DNA from: Candidatus Micrarchaeia archaeon
Lineage (GTDB): Archaea; Micrarchaeota; Micrarchaeia; CABMEP01
Assembly: GCA_038881595.1 (NCBI GenBank)
Contig: JAVZPM010000001.1
Coordinates: 160,001-224,000 of the forward strand
Direction: 5' to 3'
DNA: 64,000 nucleotides
Position numbers and translations under genes: made by a program. Under the pieces are notes generated by a model. That model was not told the origin of the DNA. It ran no database searches and saw only the letters and a list, made by a program, of their open reading frames with translations. Positions 1-10,542 of the stretch are shown in pieces. The stretch's first letter is position 1; the number at the start of each line of letters is the position of its first letter.

Positions 1-1289
1 TTCCCAACATAAGCGGTTCTACAACAGGACAGATGGTCGAATCCTTACTTATGGATGAAAGTTATAAAAGAGGATATCTTATACCTCAAAAGCCAAGCTG
101 GGCTCAAGATTTTTCAAAGCCAATACAAGGAGCTTATGTAAAGCTTCCATCTCCTGGAATATATGAAAGAATTGCTGTGTTTGATTTCAGAAGTTTGTAT
201 CCTTCTATAATAACCTCTCACAATATTGATCCTTATACTATTAACTGTGGTCATGAAGAATGCAAGAATGGGAGAAATAAGGCTCCAAATGGATTTTACT
301 TCTGCGAAAAGGAAAAAGGTTTGGTTCCTTCTGCCATACTTCATCTTTTAGAACTTAGAAAGAAAATAAAGAAAGAACTTAAGGAGGCACAAAAATCTGG
401 AAATGAAAAGGAGGTTAGTACACTCAATGCTAGAGTGGCTGCTCTAAAGATTGTATTGAATACTGTATATGGAATGCTTAATTATCCAAAATCAAGATGG
501 TATTCAAGAGAATGTGCAGAATCAATAACTGCATTCGGAAGGAATTACATTCAAGAGGTAGGAAGAAGAGCTGAAGAAAAAGGATTTAAGGTTCTTTACA
601 GTGACACAGACAGCATATTCCTTCTCCTTGGAAATAAGACAGAAGAAGATGCCATCAATTTTATGGAAGAAATAAATAAGATGCTTCCTGAAACCATGGA
701 GTTAGAATTAGAAAATATCTATAAAAGAGGAGTTTTTGTATCTAAGAAGCAAGAGAAAGAAACAGGGGCAAAAAAGAAATATGCATTAGTTACAGAGGAT
801 GGCAAAATCAAGATAAGGGGATTTGAGCTTGTAAGGAGAGATTGGTCTAAGATAGCAAGAGAAACGCAGAGAAAGGTTTTGGAGGCAATACTGATAGATG
901 GCAGTAAGGAAAAGGCCCTTTCCATAGTGAAGGAAGTTGTTGAAAAACTAAACAAAGGCAACGTGTCAAAAGATGATTTGATTATTTATACACAACTTAG
1001 GAAAGAAGAATATGAAGTTCTTTCCCCAGAAATTTCAGCTGTTGAAAAGGCAAGAAAGAGAGGAATTGAAATAAAGCCAGGATCTATTATAGGATATATA
1101 ATAACTAAAAAGGGAAATAGTATATCTGAAAAGGCGGAAATAGCTGAATTTGCTAACGATTATGATGCTGAATATTATATTCATAATCAAGTGCTTCCTG
1201 CTGTGATGAAAATAATTGGTGAGTTAGGTTACAGTGAGGAGGATATAATATTTGAAGGGAAACAATCTTCTCTTTCAGATTGGATGTGA
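1..1289 (+). CDS. polB: Family B DNA polymerase, C-terminal part (5' end outside window)
   Basis: Motifs DFRSLYPSII, KIVLNTVYG, YSDTDS and KKKYAL; the frame is open back to base 3; C-terminal PIP-box-like QSSLSDWM. Confidence 0.97.
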   Translation, partial: PNISGSTTGQMVESLLMDESYKRGYLIPQKPSWAQDFSKPIQGAYVKLPSPGIYERIAVFDFRSLYPSIITSHNIDPYTINCGHEECKNGRNKAPNGFYFCEKEKGLVPSAILHLLELRKKIKKELKEAQKSGNEKEVSTLNARVAALKIVLNTVYGMLNYPKSRWYSRECAESITAFGRNYIQEVGRRAEEKGFKVLYSDTDSIFLLLGNKTEEDAINFMEEINKMLPETMELELENIYKRGVFVSKKQEKETGAKKKYALVTEDGKIKIRGFELVRRDWSKIARETQRKVLEAILIDGSKEKALSIVKEVVEKLNKGNVSKDDLIIYTQLRKEEYEVLSPEISAVEKARKRGIEIKPGSIIGYIITKKGNSISEKAEIAEFANDYDAEYYIHNQVLPAVMKIIGELGYSEEDIIFEGKQSSLSDWM

Positions 1290-1305
1290 TTAAAAAGGTG
1301 AATAA

Positions 1306-2211
1306 ATGGATGAATTTTATGAAGAATATAGTGAGGAAGATAAGATAAAAAATACTATCGAGGCTGGAAAGATTGCAGAAAAAATAAGAGATTCTATTAA
1401 AATAAAAGAAGGGGATTCGATACTGAAGCTATGCGATTCACTTGAAAAGAAAATGGAGGAGATGGGTGGAGGATATGCTTTTCCAGTAAACATCTCAATA
1501 AACGAAATAACAGCGCATGATACTGCATCTGTGAATGATGATAGAGTATTTACAAAGGATGATTTAGTAAAGATAGATATAGGTGTTCAGAAAGAAGGCT
1601 TCATTGCAGATGGCTCAATCACAATAGACCTAAGTGGAGAACATGGAAAGATGATTGATGCAACAAAAGAAGCGTTGGAAAACGCAGTATCAAAAATAAA
1701 GGCTGGAATATCCACATCGGAAATAGGAAAAGAAATTGAAAACACTTTGAAGAAAAAAGGATTTAAACCTATAGATAATTTGACTGGCCATGGCCTTGAT
1801 AGATATATAATTCATTGTGATCCGATAATACCAAATTTCGAAACAAAGAAAGGAGCAATATTAAATGAAGGGGACATCGTCGCAATAGAGCCTTTCGTAA
1901 CCTATAGTAATGCAGCAGGGCATGTAAGTGAAATGGACAGGTGTGAAATATTCAGCGCGCATAGTTTCGAGGCTACTAGAAATCGTGAAGCTAGAAAAAT
2001 GATGGAAAAGATTGTAAGGGAGAGAAAAACAATGCCATTTGCTGAAAGACACTATGTAAAAACACAGGTTGAAAAAATTGCGTTAATGGAGCTTGTTAGA
2101 AATGGTTCTTTAATGGCCTATCCAGTTCTAAGGGAAGTAAGCAAAAGTAAGGTCGCTCAGTTTGAGCATACAGTTGTGGTAGGAAAGGATTCTGCAGATA
2201 TTGTATTCTAA
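1306..2211 (+). CDS. map: Methionine aminopeptidase, type II
   Basis: FPVNISINEITAHDT, KIDIGV..G..AD, NLTGHG, AIEPF and AQFEHT motifs. Confidence 0.95.
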   Translation: MDEFYEEYSEEDKIKNTIEAGKIAEKIRDSIKIKEGDSILKLCDSLEKKMEEMGGGYAFPVNISINEITAHDTASVNDDRVFTKDDLVKIDIGVQKEGFIADGSITIDLSGEHGKMIDATKEALENAVSKIKAGISTSEIGKEIENTLKKKGFKPIDNLTGHGLDRYIIHCDPIIPNFETKKGAILNEGDIVAIEPFVTYSNAAGHVSEMDRCEIFSAHSFEATRNREARKMMEKIVRERKTMPFAERHYVKTQVEKIALMELVRNGSLMAYPVLREVSKSKVAQFEHTVVVGKDSADIVF

Positions 2212-2298
2212 CTTCTTAAACTGTCTTAAACCGCAATTGTTTGGATTGATTCTACGTAAACATCAAAGGTTTAAAAAACCAACCAGCAATATATAGAT

Positions 2299-3021
2299 AT
2301 GGCAAAAATTGTAGAGGTTGCTCCAATTAAACTAAAAAATCCAATATTGATAGAAGGGTTCCCAGGAGTTGGGATGATCGGAACAATTGCAGCAATGCAT
2401 TTGGTTAAGGAATGGGATATGGAATTAGTTGGATACCTAGATTCTGAAGCTTTCCCACCTTTATGTACTATTCATAATGAAGAACCATTACCTGCTGCAA
2501 GGATATACCAATCTAAAAAGTACAATGCTCTTGTTTTATTTTCAGAGTTTGTGATACCAATCTCAGCAGTAAGCTCAGTTGCAAATGAAATTGTCTTGTG
2601 GGGAGAGGATAAGAAACTCAGTGCAATTATATCATTGGGTGGCGTTGGAATAGATGCTTCAAAGGATGAAGTATTTGGAATCGCATCTACAGAAGGTCTG
2701 AAAAATGATCTGAGAGACGCTGGTGTGACTATAGTAAAAGAAGGAGTAACAACTGGTGTGACTGGTTTGATATTAGCGAATGCATATGTGAGAAAATTCC
2801 CTGCCGCCGCAATCCTTACATCTAATAGAGGTATGAACATCAATTTAATAGGTGCAGCTAAAGTACTCGATAAACTAAGTGAATTACTACATATAAAAAT
2901 AGATACAGAAAAGCTAAAGAAAGAAGGAGAAGAAATAGAAGAAAAACTAAAGAAATTGATAAAAGACAGCAAAGAAGCAAAGAAAACATACGAACAGATA
3001 CAGTCTCCAATGTATAGATAG
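2299..3021 (+). CDS. PAC2-family proteasome assembly chaperone (PbaA/B-like)
   Basis: N-terminal LIEGFPGVGMIGTIAA; C-terminal coiled coil ending PMYR (HbYX-like). Confidence 0.88.
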   Translation: MAKIVEVAPIKLKNPILIEGFPGVGMIGTIAAMHLVKEWDMELVGYLDSEAFPPLCTIHNEEPLPAARIYQSKKYNALVLFSEFVIPISAVSSVANEIVLWGEDKKLSAIISLGGVGIDASKDEVFGIASTEGLKNDLRDAGVTIVKEGVTTGVTGLILANAYVRKFPAAAILTSNRGMNINLIGAAKVLDKLSELLHIKIDTEKLKKEGEEIEEKLKKLIKDSKEAKKTYEQIQSPMYR

Positions 3022-3094
3022 AATTTTTATTTTCCTGATTGAGATAGTTATAACATAAAGATTAGGACCTACGCACAATGATTACTACAAATAT

Positions 3095-3181
3095 GCAGGG
3101 GTGCCCGAGCTTGGTCTAAAGGGTAGGGCTTAGGACCCTATGCGCGTAGGCGCTTCGTGGGTTCAAATCCCACCCCCTGCA
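3095..3181 (+). tRNA. tRNA-Leu(TAG)
   Basis: Cloverleaf GCAGGGG/CCCCTGC; anticodon arm TAGGG-CT-TAG-GA-CCCTA; long variable arm; GGTTCAAATCC T-arm. Confidence 0.96.
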
Positions 3182-3182
3182 T

Positions 3183-4322
3183 TTACTCTCTCTTCATTTT
3201 ATTCTCAATTCTTTGCAAGGCAATCTTCATCGCTGCATCTCTAGGCTTTATCCCTTCTTTTCTGGATAAAACCAATACTTTCTTTACATTGGATGTTATT
3301 TTTTTCTCTACTATTTTGAACATTTCATCTGGTGTTTTTCCTTTGTATTCTGCATAGGAAGAGATCACGCCTCCTGCATTTGCAACAAAATCTGGAATAA
3401 CTAATATTCCCTTTTTATGTAATATCTCTTCGTATTCTGGTCTGGTAGGGATATTAGAGCCTTCAACTATTATTTTAGCACGGATCTTATCAACATTGTC
3501 CTTGTTTATTACATCAGGTACTGCTGCTGTGATTAATACATCTACATCCAATTCAAAAAGATCAGAAGTCTTAAGTATTTTGCCAGGTTTATAATTAATA
3601 ACACTTCCTGTCACCTTCTTTACTCTTTCTAGTTCCTGAAAATTTATTCCGTCTGGATTATAAAGCGTTCCTTTACTATCACTTATTGCAACGAGCTTTG
3701 CTCCTTTTTCTATCATGTGTTTTGCTGCAAAATATCCAACATTTCCAAATCCCTCAACTGCAAATGATGTTTCTTTTACATTCATTCTCTTGAATTCTAA
3801 TCCTACTAAAGTAGCTTGACAAACTCCAAAGCCGGTTGAGCCATATTCATGTGGAATCCCGCATTTCTTACCGTTCTTTCCAAAACACATATCTTTTGGC
3901 TTTCCAGTTGCTGCTTTCCATGAACCATTTGCCTCCACAAACCATCTCATCTCTTCCTCTCCTGTATTGATGTCTGGCCCTGCAACGTATTCTTTTGGAC
4001 ATATGGATTTTATTGCCTTTGAAAAGGCGGTTATGTACTCCTTCTTTCTTTTTGGATCTTTGATTACTTCTGGGGGAGCTAATATACCGGCTTTTGCTCC
4101 TCCGAAAGGAAGTCCTGCTAAGGAATTTTTTAAGGTCATAGCTCTTGCAAGCCTGGCAACTTCTTCAATTGTAACTGTTGGAGTCATTCTAATTCCTCCC
4201 TTTCCAATACCTAGTACTGTATTGTCTATTACAACCCAACCTTTCATTCCTGTTTTCTTATCTGAAACAATAAGTATTTTTTCTGGACCTAAATTGTCAA
4301 AATCTATATTTCCAAGATTCAT
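3183..4322 (-). CDS. gdhA: Glu/Leu/Phe/Val dehydrogenase (glutamate dehydrogenase-like)
   Basis: GKGGIRM, MTLKNSLAGLPFGGAKAG, GPDINT, GFGNVG and PDFVANAGGV motifs. Confidence 0.9.
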   Translation of the reverse strand: MNLGNIDFDNLGPEKILIVSDKKTGMKGWVVIDNTVLGIGKGGIRMTPTVTIEEVARLARAMTLKNSLAGLPFGGAKAGILAPPEVIKDPKRKKEYITAFSKAIKSICPKEYVAGPDINTGEEEMRWFVEANGSWKAATGKPKDMCFGKNGKKCGIPHEYGSTGFGVCQATLVGLEFKRMNVKETSFAVEGFGNVGYFAAKHMIEKGAKLVAISDSKGTLYNPDGINFQELERVKKVTGSVINYKPGKILKTSDLFELDVDVLITAAVPDVINKDNVDKIRAKIIVEGSNIPTRPEYEEILHKKGILVIPDFVANAGGVISSYAEYKGKTPDEMFKIVEKKITSNVKKVLVLSRKEGIKPRDAAMKIALQRIENKMKRE

Positions 4323-4934
4323 TTATTCACCTTTGACAATTGAATTCTGTTTTCTACAAAAAGTTAAATAAGCAGTATGTGTGATTCCCGTATTCTGCGG
4401 TCTCGTACCTTTTTCTCTTGAAATTATCTCTCTTACTATTACTTCTATCGTAAATGTAATGAAATTGTTTTTTGTAGCTGTAGATACGAATTTAGAAACT
4501 TGTTCTGTGTGAGGAAGATAAGCAACTATATATCCATTCTCACTTAGCTTAAAATTAGAATTGAAAATATTTTCTGGATTAGGTAGATCTAGATTAATTA
4601 CATTTATTTCTTCATCTATTTTCGAGATTTCTTCAAACACAGAACCAAATTTGTGTACAATATTAGTAAGACCTGAACGTTTTATGTTTTTTTCTGAAAA
4701 TTCATAGAACTCTTTTTTATTTTCATAAGAGTAAACCTTTTTGGCTATGGAAGCAAAGAATACAGTGGCGAATCCGCTTCCGGTACCTGCATCAACAACT
4801 ATACTTTCTTTATTCATTCCTGTGAATGCGACTATTGCACCTAAATCTTTTGGAAGTATTATTTGTGGTCCTCTTTTTAATTTTTGGAGTTGTGGTGGAA
4901 ACCTAAAATCATATTCTTTCTTGCGCCTTGCCAT
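4323..4934 (-). CDS. trmI: tRNA (adenine-N1)-methyltransferase
   Basis: KRGPQIILPKD, VDAGTGSG, LDLP and C-terminal TRP..HTAYL; start taken at MARRKK. Confidence 0.9.
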   Translation of the reverse strand: MARRKKEYDFRFPPQLQKLKRGPQIILPKDLGAIVAFTGMNKESIVVDAGTGSGFATVFFASIAKKVYSYENKKEFYEFSEKNIKRSGLTNIVHKFGSVFEEISKIDEEINVINLDLPNPENIFNSNFKLSENGYIVAYLPHTEQVSKFVSTATKNNFITFTIEVIVREIISREKGTRPQNTGITHTAYLTFCRKQNSIVKGE

Positions 4935-5007
4935 AAAATAAATATAATGATAATATTTTAATCCCTTTACTGCTATAATAATAAACAATCATAATAATAA
5001 ATAATCT

Positions 5008-5079
5008 GCCTCAGTAGCTCAGGGGTAGAGCGCTACCTTGGTAAGGTAGAGGTCGCGAGTTCGATTCTCGCCTGAGGCT
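5008..5079 (+). tRNA. tRNA-Thr(GGT)
   Basis: GCCTCAG/CTGAGGC acceptor stem; CTACC-TT-GGT-AA-GGTAG anticodon arm. Confidence 0.96.
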
Positions 5080-5100
5080 CTACTGATTTCTGATTTTGAT

Positions 5101-6795
5101 TTAAAAAGTAATGAATTCTCTTCCGAAATTAAAAAGAAATATAACTAAAGGAAGTAAAATAATAAAGTAACCAATAAAAGTCCTAAGTCTTCCTTCTTGC
5201 ATAGCTATAAATATTGAAGATAATAATACATAAATGATAATATAAACTTGAGCTGCATTTGTTGCAACTGTCAATATCTCATTTCTATTCTGTAAAGTTG
5301 TAACATCATTGTTTAATGGTTGAATGTTTGATATTAAATTTAAAATTACAGCTAGAATAATAGGAACGAATATACAACCTCCAATAAGAATAGTATATTT
5401 CTGCAATGCTAAAGAAGAAGCTTGTTCTTTTTTAAGCATGTTTAACTCAAAAATATCTTCTGCAGTTTCTTTTATTCCTTTGTGAACATCTCTTCCTGTT
5501 TTATAACATTGTATAAGAAGTGAAATCACTCTGTCTAGTAAAAGTGAACTGTTCCTATCTTTCATATTAAGAAGTGCGTGGTTTACACTAATTCCGACTT
5601 TTATCTGCCTTGATGCCTTTCTAAATTCATCAGATAAAGACTTGTATCCTGCGTTGGCTATGTTTTCTATTATTCTTTCCATTGGAACCCCTAGCTCAAG
5701 AGTAGCAGCATACATTAATGCATCTGGAAGATGTTGCTCTATCTCATTTGCTCTAATTTCAATTAGCCATAACAAGATGAAATATATTAATAATGGGAGA
5801 AGAAGGAAAAGTAATGAATAGTAATTTATTTCAAAGTAAAATATAATAGTTAGTAAAAATGAAATCAAAAATAAGTAAATTATAAACGTTTTAAACTTTA
5901 AATTTATTTTCATATTTTTAAGTTGCTCATCTAGCATTATTTCTTCTTTTTTAGATAGAAATTTTTCTGATAGATTTGAAAGAACTGTGGGTGTTGTAGA
6001 TTTTATATATACTATTAATAAGATATTTATAAGTGGGAATAAAACAACAAATGTGAACCATATATCATTTGGTGAAGTTTTCATATCTAGATATGTACTT
6101 GCTACTACAATGTATGCTAAAAACATTGTTGGTGCTATAGACGAAAATGCTATAAACATAAGACTTAGAAAACTAAGTTTTGCAGAGAACTCTTTAAATT
6201 TAAATCTTTGTGCATGAATTAATTCATCTGCACTATGTTTTAATTCCGTTCCATCCATACCTTCTAAATAAACGTGTATTAACTTGACCATTAATTTCTT
6301 AACTGTCTGAGAATCTACTCGCTCAGTTACTTGTCTAAGTGCTTCAGGTATTGAAGTACCACTGTCTATCATATTAATTACTTTTTTGAATTCCGCTGAA
6401 CATTTATAATTAGAGTTTGCTATATTTTCAAGGGCTGTTTCAAATGGTACTTTCATATTTAACTGGATACCAATCGACCTTATTGCAATTGGTAGATCTG
6501 ATTCTATTTCTAATGCTCTTCGCTTTGCTATATAAGAGGGAAGTTTCTTAAGAATAAGAAAATATGCGGTGGATAGCATAAAAAATATAAGTCCCAAACT
6601 TAGGTAATCAAATGAAGTACTTAGAGTGGATATAAAGTATGTAGAGATGGTACTTAAAACGATTGAAAAGAAAAAAGAATAAGTCAGATATTTGGAAGGT
6701 GAAATCTCTATATCGGCACGATATAAATCTAATACCATTTCTTTTTCCAATGATTTGAAATATTCTTTAATTATATTTTGAAATCTATTCTCCAA
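5101..6795 (-). CDS. Type IV pilus/T2SS-F (TadC-like) membrane platform protein, two T2SSF domains
   Basis: Two repeats of IE..LP.A......G.....A...IA...Y..LS.EF separated by TM segments; follows the pilus ATPase. Confidence 0.88.
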   Translation of the reverse strand: MENRFQNIIKEYFKSLEKEMVLDLYRADIEISPSKYLTYSFFFSIVLSTISTYFISTLSTSFDYLSLGLIFFMLSTAYFLILKKLPSYIAKRRALEIESDLPIAIRSIGIQLNMKVPFETALENIANSNYKCSAEFKKVINMIDSGTSIPEALRQVTERVDSQTVKKLMVKLIHVYLEGMDGTELKHSADELIHAQRFKFKEFSAKLSFLSLMFIAFSSIAPTMFLAYIVVASTYLDMKTSPNDIWFTFVVLFPLINILLIVYIKSTTPTVLSNLSEKFLSKKEEIMLDEQLKNMKINLKFKTFIIYLFLISFLLTIIFYFEINYYSLLFLLLPLLIYFILLWLIEIRANEIEQHLPDALMYAATLELGVPMERIIENIANAGYKSLSDEFRKASRQIKVGISVNHALLNMKDRNSSLLLDRVISLLIQCYKTGRDVHKGIKETAEDIFELNMLKKEQASSLALQKYTILIGGCIFVPIILAVILNLISNIQPLNNDVTTLQNRNEILTVATNAAQVYIIIYVLLSSIFIAMQEGRLRTFIGYFIILLPLVIFLFNFGREFITF

Positions 6796-6832
6796 ATATT
6801 CACCTTAAACTATTCTACATTAATGATAAATG

Positions 6833-8227
6833 TTAAAGTTGATTGGTTGTATCTTGACTTAACGATAATTTAACATTTGAGAAAAATTTCTCTTGAACCT
6901 TAAATACAAAATCATGGAAAGAAGGGGTTTGAAAAGAGGACAAGAATTTTTTCCTGAAATTCAGCTCTTCATTTAACTCATTTTTACTCATACCAAAGCT
7001 CGAGGCAATATCTTCATATTTCGAAGATTTAGATGGATCACCCAACATAACGCCTGTTTTTCTATCGATTTGAAATATTTTATTTATCTCTCCTTCTGCG
7101 TTCATTTCTACTAATTCTATTCCTTTTCTCTCTTCCCAATATTTTCTTGTATTTGGATCATATCTCATCAATCTTCTTTGGATTACAATAAAATCTATAG
7201 ATGTCACATCATGTTTTGAAATTCCTAAAGTCAACATTCGCTTAATCAATTCTTCAGAAGACTGAGCATGAAACGTTGCGTAGCTACCTCTCGCCTGACC
7301 ACTAAGTATAGTTTCTATAAATGCTTCAGTTTCTTCCTTAGTTCTTATTTCACCTACTATTACTCTATCTGGCCTCATTCTTAAACTATCCTCGACAAGA
7401 CTTTTCATATTAATTTTTAATTCTGGATTAGAAAGAAGATTAATTTTGTGTGGGTGTGGTATATTTATCTCTGGTGTCTCTTCTATTATTAATATTCTAT
7501 CTGAAAGTGGAACGAATGAGAACATCGCATTTAAAGTGGTTGTTTTTCCACTAGAAGTGTTTCCTGCTATCAATATATTAAAATCAGATTGAAATACTAA
7601 AGAAAGAAATGCTATTGCATCTAGAGAATAAATTTTTTTCTGAAATAATTCAACTGGAGTTATTGGATTCGATCTAAATTTTCGTATAGTCATTTCTAAA
7701 TTAGATATCGGTGGGATAGATGCATGCAATCTTGAACCATCTGGAAGAACCGCATTAATCTTAGGATTTTGATAGGTAATTCTCCTACCAACTTGTCTTG
7801 CTATTTTATTAATAACAGAAATAGCGGTTTCTTGATTTCTGAATTTTAAATTTGTTTCGAGCCATCCTTTCTCCGTATGGTAAACATAAACAGGTTTACC
7901 TACACCTATAACTGCTATTTCTTCAATATTAGTATCTTGAAGGAATTCTTCAATTCCATTAAAACCATAAATATTATACATTAAATAATTAACAAAATAT
8001 TTCTCTTGATCCGGATCTAAAGATATGTGATGGTACTTACAATAATCGATAAGAAGTTCTGCTATTTCTTTCCTTACGTTTTTTGAAGAGATATCTTTGT
8101 TTTTAGATTCTTCTTTAAATAATTTAGTTATATCGACTATTATCTCCTCCTCTTCCTTAGATATAGGAGGAATAGAGAGTGAATAATCTTTCTTTTCTTT
8201 AACTATCTCCCAACCCAACATACCCAT
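6833..8227 (-). CDS. Type IV pilus/secretion assembly ATPase (VirB11/TadA/CpaF family)
   Basis: Walker A GNTSSGKTT, IEETPE, SLRMRPDRVIVGEIR and TFHA; LPDGSR motif. Confidence 0.93.
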   Translation of the reverse strand: MGMLGWEIVKEKKDYSLSIPPISKEEEEIIVDITKLFKEESKNKDISSKNVRKEIAELLIDYCKYHHISLDPDQEKYFVNYLMYNIYGFNGIEEFLQDTNIEEIAVIGVGKPVYVYHTEKGWLETNLKFRNQETAISVINKIARQVGRRITYQNPKINAVLPDGSRLHASIPPISNLEMTIRKFRSNPITPVELFQKKIYSLDAIAFLSLVFQSDFNILIAGNTSSGKTTTLNAMFSFVPLSDRILIIEETPEINIPHPHKINLLSNPELKINMKSLVEDSLRMRPDRVIVGEIRTKEETEAFIETILSGQARGSYATFHAQSSEELIKRMLTLGISKHDVTSIDFIVIQRRLMRYDPNTRKYWEERKGIELVEMNAEGEINKIFQIDRKTGVMLGDPSKSSKYEDIASSFGMSKNELNEELNFRKKFLSSFQTPSFHDFVFKVQEKFFSNVKLSLSQDTTNQL

Positions 8228-8252
8228 CCAATTTTATATAGATAGTTAAAAC

Positions 8253-8960
8253 TTACCTTCCAAACCTTCTTTCTCTCTTTTTAATTTCCTCAATTGCACT
8301 ATAAAAATCTTTCTTTGTTATGTCTGGCCATAATTTTTTACAAAAATATAATTCTGAATATACTGATTGCCAAGGCATAAAACCGCTTAATCTAACTTCA
8401 CCACCAGATCTAAATATTATATCAGGATCCCCTAAATGTGGCGCGTAAAGATAATTTGAAAATGTATTTTCATTGACTTCATTAAGTTTGCCTGTTTTTG
8501 CATCCTTTATCATTTTATTTGCTGCATCAATAAGCTCTTTTCTTCCACCATAATTACAGAATATACCCAGTTTGTATTTCTTGTTTTTCGAAGTTAGTTT
8601 ATGTATTCTATCAATTTTATCTTTTATTTCTTTAGGAAAAGATGAAAAGTCTCCAACGAAAGTTATACTTATTTCTTTCCTTGCTTTTTCAAAATCTTTT
8701 GATGAAAGTAACTCATCTAACATTTTATTGAAAAGATCAAAAAGAGCGTCTACTTCTTCCTTTGACCTTTTCATATTTTCTGTTGAAAGTATCCAAATTG
8801 ATAGTGTAGTTACATCTAAATCTTTACACCATTCAATTAATTTTTTAAGTTTTTGTATTCCTGCCCAATGTCCTTCCTTTATAGATTTTCCTTTTCTTTT
8901 AGCCCATCTTCTATTTCCATCTGGAATTATTGCCAAGTGGATACCGCTCAATTTTTTCAC
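8253..8960 (-). CDS. uppS: cis-prenyltransferase (polyprenyl/dolichyl diphosphate synthase)
   Basis: HLAIIPDGNRRWA, STEN, NYGGR and RSGGEVRLSGF motifs. Confidence 0.96.
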   Translation of the reverse strand: MKKLSGIHLAIIPDGNRRWAKRKGKSIKEGHWAGIQKLKKLIEWCKDLDVTTLSIWILSTENMKRSKEEVDALFDLFNKMLDELLSSKDFEKARKEISITFVGDFSSFPKEIKDKIDRIHKLTSKNKKYKLGIFCNYGGRKELIDAANKMIKDAKTGKLNEVNENTFSNYLYAPHLGDPDIIFRSGGEVRLSGFMPWQSVYSELYFCKKLWPDITKKDFYSAIEEIKKRERRFGR

Positions 8961-8972
8961 CTTTCTTAATCG

Positions 8973-10496
8973 TTATTCAACCTTATTTAGATAGGGTATT
9001 GATCTTAAAATTTTTTGTGGAACTAAAGCATTGAAAATCTTAGTAATGAAACCTAAAACCTTAAAGCCGAGTATATTAGCAGATATTAAATAAATACTTA
9101 TTCCAAATAAGATAAACAAAAATAAATTAATAAACGAAGCGCCTGGATCAAAAAATAATCTTAATAGTAATATAGCTCCCGCCATTATTAAAGACGATAG
9201 TAATGGGATTTTTATTGGAAATATGAATTTAACTTTTAGAATTTTCTCACTCCATTTAACCATAACTACTAAACCAAATGCCCTTGAGACAACTGAAGCT
9301 GTTGCAGCTCCGATGATACCAATGACTGGAATTAAAATTAAGTTTAGGATTATATTTATAACTGATGCTAAGACTGCACACATTCCAATTTGTTTCGTTA
9401 GTTTTTTTGCACCTAGATATGAGTTTATCATTCCTGTAATAACGCCGTCAAAAATAAAATAAGATAAAATTATTAAAGGAAATGCTGCGTCCATATATTG
9501 AAGACCAAAAAATACATTTACTATTGAATCTGAAAGTAAAGCCAGGCCAAAAACTGCAGGTAAAGATATGAAAAGTAAATATTTTATTGTTTTATTTAAA
9601 TTTTCGAAAGAATCGTTTCCTTGTGATTCAGATGAAGTGAAATATGGAAAACTAACCTTACTTATTCCACTAAGTAATGAAGAACTAGAAGAGGCGATAG
9701 AAACGGCAATTCTATATACACCCACTGAAGTCGTACCTAGGAAGAATCCTAACATTATCGAATCTGTCCACATTGTAAATGTCGCTGCTATCGAAGTTAT
9801 TCCATAGAAGAACCCAAATGAAAACATATCCTGTAATGAATCCTCGCTTTTACCTGAGAATGAGATTACATTTCTTAGAATATATGACTGAATAAAAGTT
9901 GCTATTGCAACAGATATTATATATCCCATTATTGCTCCATCTACACCAAACCCTAAAATCACAAGTCCTGCAGATAGTATTAATCTTAATAATTGATTAA
10001 TTGTAGAGATAATTGATTCCTCTCTAAACTTTTTAATTCCATCAAGAATTCCTGAAAGAACGACAAAAAGATTATAAAATATAAAATAAATAGAACCTGC
10101 TAGAAAATATTTAGCTCCGTTTTGAATATTAAATAAAGATGCTAAATTTTCAGAAAATATGAACATTAAAAACGCGATAAAGAATATAATTGCTAATTTC
10201 CATCTTAAAGGTGATGCTAATTTATATTTTAATTCTTTTTTATTTTTATCATACTTTGATGAAAGGTAAACTATATAGTAATTTAAACCTATTTCCGATA
10301 TAGAAGAAAGAAAAGAAACAACTGCTATTATTGTAGATAATATACCCCAATTTTCTTTATCTAAAAGCCTTGCAAGAATTACAGTTGATATTAGACCTAA
10401 AAATAATATAAAAAAAATTCCTGAATAAGCCCAGAATGAAGACTTTATCATTTCATTCATAGATTTTCTTTTATCTGTTTCTGTTTTAAAACCCAT
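8973..10496 (-). CDS. Wzx/MOP-family oligosaccharide flippase
   Basis: About 14 hydrophobic segments; ILARLL...WG, DSIMLGFF...VGVY and LIPVIGIIGAATA patterns. Confidence 0.88.
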   Translation of the reverse strand: MGFKTETDKRKSMNEMIKSSFWAYSGIFFILFLGLISTVILARLLDKENWGILSTIIAVVSFLSSISEIGLNYYIVYLSSKYDKNKKELKYKLASPLRWKLAIIFFIAFLMFIFSENLASLFNIQNGAKYFLAGSIYFIFYNLFVVLSGILDGIKKFREESIISTINQLLRLILSAGLVILGFGVDGAIMGYIISVAIATFIQSYILRNVISFSGKSEDSLQDMFSFGFFYGITSIAATFTMWTDSIMLGFFLGTTSVGVYRIAVSIASSSSSLLSGISKVSFPYFTSSESQGNDSFENLNKTIKYLLFISLPAVFGLALLSDSIVNVFFGLQYMDAAFPLIILSYFIFDGVITGMINSYLGAKKLTKQIGMCAVLASVINIILNLILIPVIGIIGAATASVVSRAFGLVVMVKWSEKILKVKFIFPIKIPLLSSLIMAGAILLLRLFFDPGASFINLFLFILFGISIYLISANILGFKVLGFITKIFNALVPQKILRSIPYLNKVE

Positions 10497-10542
10497 AAAT
10501 AAATTTAGATGGAAAGTAATAAAAGATTAAATAATTTATAAA

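Noticed and set aside
3062..3076. TTAGGACCTACGCAC upstream of tRNA-Leu, resembling its anticodon arm (possible att remnant)
   Set aside because: Short and imperfect, with no integrase or foreign DNA nearby; chance cannot be excluded.
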